A stretch of 63,650 nucleotides of DNA, counting the filler, from Porpidia crustulata (taxonomy: Eukaryota): the NCBI GenBank assembly GCA_964255105.1. It is 3 parts of 3 records of this genome, joined end to end, with 100 filler letters (N's around TTAATTAATTAA, not from the genome) between each part and the next. Parts side by side here need not be neighbours in the genome. Positions count along the whole stretch, not along the records: positions 42,554 to 63,650 come from CAXUWE010000110.1; 2 more parts are not named here. One strand, 5' to 3'. Of this stretch, positions 60,919-63,650 are shown piece by piece; position 1 is the stretch's first letter, and the number at the start of each line of letters is the position of its first letter. The notes under the pieces are model-generated. The model had not been told where the DNA came from and ran no database searches. It saw nothing but the letters and a program-made list of their open reading frames with translations. The position numbers and the translations under genes were made by a program.

Positions 60919-63345
60919 ATGTGGACTTTGGAATGTGATACCGAAATCTTGAAGAAAAAGCGAGTATGGCTACGACCTGGGAAGAAGTATCTCTTTGGAA
61001 GAACACCGGTACAAAAAGGAAGAAGTGCTGGCTTCATGATCGATGAGAAATCTGTGTCTCGAAAACACTTGACGCTATCTGTCACAGCCATTAAGCCTGG
61101 TGATGGCTCGCGTGTGAATTCTAGATCTGATGTTGTGCTCAAAGACGAGGAAACTAAATTTGGTACTGAAGTTGATGGTGAGCGGATCAACGGCGGAGAG
61201 AAGACCTTGAAGAACGATGAGCATACCTTCAGGCTTGGGAAGACGCCGACAGTTTTTAGAATCAGGTGGCAGCCAGTAGTATTATCCTTCTCATTGAGTT
61301 CAAAGGAGCTTAAAGGTGGCAAAGACCCTCTCTTCGCCATAAGAAACCGAGTAGAAGACCTAGACATCAAAGTCGTTTTACCGTATATCTTTGACAAGAC
61401 AACCCATGTTGTTTCCACCAAACGAAATACTGCTAAGGGTCTTCAAGCCCTGATCAATGCTAAGTATATTGTTTCAAACTCTTTCATCGACACTCTTGTC
61501 TACGTCACCACCCCTGGAGATTTGGACGAGCCAGAGAGTCTGTCTCCGCTTGAGGAGGACTTTGACCGGAGCTGGCCAGACGCCTTGCAACATGTGCCAC
61601 CGAAGGGCCATGAACCGAACGAGCGGCCTGTGGAATTCTTCGCCCCAAATCCACTGCGTAGCAACGTCTTTGAGGGCTACACATTCGTTTTTTGTGACCA
61701 AACACAATTTGAGTCTTTACAAGCCCCCATCACTAATGGAGGAGGAAAGGCTCTGCAATTTGGACTCAAGACTGGAGAAACGTCTGTACACGAGCTTGTA
61801 CGTTTTGTGAAGAATACTGCAGGCGAGAAAGGATTGGGTGAATTTGAAGACGAGAGCGAGGGGAAAGGGGTTGTCTTGGTTAAATTCAGGAGCAAGGAAT
61901 CTCCCGATTGGGCCGCAGAACTTTGTGTTCAGGTAGCCCTAGCGTTGGATCAACGGCTTATTGAGCAGAATGAGTTTATGGATGCAATCTTAACAAATGA
62001 TGCTAGTGTACTCAGGAGGCCATTGCTCGAGGAAGACGAAGAAGGTGAGTGATATCAGCATTCAAATCAGCCACAGTCAGCACCTTTGCTGAAGCGACCA
62101 TTGACTCCTGCCATAGTACCTGGTTCCGACCGCACCACCGTCAGGTCTCGAAATGCTCCGCCGGCAGAAGAACCTCCTGTGCCAAAGGACTTGCACCCGC
62201 CACCGCAACGAGCTCGAGCTCGAGGGACTGCAGTCAGCCGCTTCAAGGGGTTTGATGACGATTTCGACGATGCTCCTGCTCCTACCCGAACGCAGAACGA
62301 AGCATCCGAGTCTCAGATCAGCAGTCTACCAAGTGGTCGAAAGTCACAAAGGTATCCGGTAAGCATTCACCGGTCTAATGAGTAGTTGCAAAGCTAATCC
62401 CCGCAGTTCTCGACCTCCTTTGTGGATTCCCAGATGGACGTAGACCCCGAAGCCATGACAAACGGTAACACACAACCTCCGATTTCCAAAAAAAGACTGG
62501 CAGATCAAATGGATGCGGAGAATGAAGAGGAGCTTGTAGATCGGCTTTTGCCAGCAGCAGCAGCTATGAAGCGTCGCAGAATTGAAGCGCAGGAAGAAGC
62601 GGCGCGAACAGGAAAACCTGTTAAGCCCTTATTTGCCCATCCGCAAACCGAGGTTGAAGCAGAAATACCAAAGAAAGTAAAGAAGGAAATAAACATCAAG
62701 GAAGCGACACGAGAGCGGCTAGAAGCCGAAGAAAATGAGGCCAGACGAGAAGAGGAAGATTTGAGAGAGGATGTGGATGGTTTAGACGTAGAAGGGATGA
62801 GAAATCTTGCAGTCATCGAAGAAATGGAACTCCCTGACCACACCAATCGACCCCAGCGTAAAGCAACCGACGGTATTGGATCCAGGTGGGATGACCGTTG
62901 GAACGGCCTGAAGAATTTCAAGCGATTCCGTCGGCACGGCGAAGGTATGCAAGCGCGGCGAGGCCGTAGCGTCATCGTCCCTCTCGAAGAAGTCAAGAAT
63001 AAAGACTTTGGCATCGGCGAGGAATACTGGCTCTCCGATGACAAGTTGAAGACGAAGCGGAGAGCGAAAGAACGCGTTTCGCAATTTGAAGGTCAACCGT
63101 ACACCTCAGAGCACACCGCTGTGGACGAAGCCCTGGTGGACATTGAGGGCGAAGATACCCTAGGAGCGATCGACGTGGAAACTCTGGAGCCAAGTACGAA
63201 TCGCGCTCAATTTGCAAACGGGAAGAGGCCGGCGCCGGATCGCGGGAGAGGATCGGCAGCGAAGAAGCAGAAGATGCTCGCGGCCAAGGACTCTGATAGC
63301 GAGAGCGAGGACGAGCTCAAATTTCGGTTTAAGAAGAGGCGGTAG
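60919..63345 (+). CDS. NBS1: Nibrin Nbs1/Xrs2 (MRN complex)
   Basis: N-terminal FHA (YLFGRT, KSVSRKH, TKFGT), BRCT region, Mre11-binding KNFKRFRR, acidic plus FRF tail; introns 62045-62116 and 62359-62406. Confidence 0.95.
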
Positions 63346-63650
63346 AAATTCTCAAGTCCCGCGTCATGAGTCCATACTACTTCCGATTAGCCTAGCTTTC
63401 TTGGTAACGGTTGCTACCAAGATACCATCAATACGTAGCTGCCGGCTGCAAGACCGTTCTCGATGCCGACATGGTCGCTTTGTCACATCTCGAGTGACCC
63501 ACGGGTCTCGCTAGCGAAGGGGGTGAGCTTTCTCAATCACAGGGACGAAGACCGTGTATCTATTCCTGGAGCTAGACGTAACTGAATCGACGAGCGCGGT
63601 TACGGAGGTTTAGGGAGGGGGTGAGAGGGTAGAGGAGAAAGGGAGGGAGG

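Overview
Filamentous-ascomycete (Pezizomycotina; possibly lichen-forming, by inference only) genomic DNA with short spliceosomal introns. The window holds three contigs joined by artificial 100-bp linkers (N44-TTAATTAATTAA-N44 at 21245-21344 and 42454-42553), so adjacency across these linkers is not evidence. Contig 1 (1-21244) looks like an accessory or mobile-element cargo region. It has the 3' end of an SH3 protein, a secreted His1 LPMO-like protein, a broken FunK1 kinase, several decayed or orphan genes, an intact but highly divergent RasGEF-like gene and an EST1/SMG6-like paralogue. It also has a foldback element, a minisatellite, a tRNA-like T-arm/B-box relic and a probable pogo/Fot1 end at the contig break. 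Contigs 2 and 3 are mostly core genes: NMD5, SKI2, CSM3, the complex I 20.9-kDa subunit, COX16, a P-loop GTPase with one nonsense codon, NIC96, an ATO/GPR1 transporter, SRS2, a divergent USP, GPI14 with an apparent 11-nt frameshifting deletion, TRAX, an RPEL protein and NBS1. The best leads are the LPMO-like protein, the cargo-like contig with its degenerate RasGEF, the repeat-encoded uORFs abutting the SKI2 start codon, and the GPI14 lesion. All family calls come from motif recognition by eye; no searches were run.
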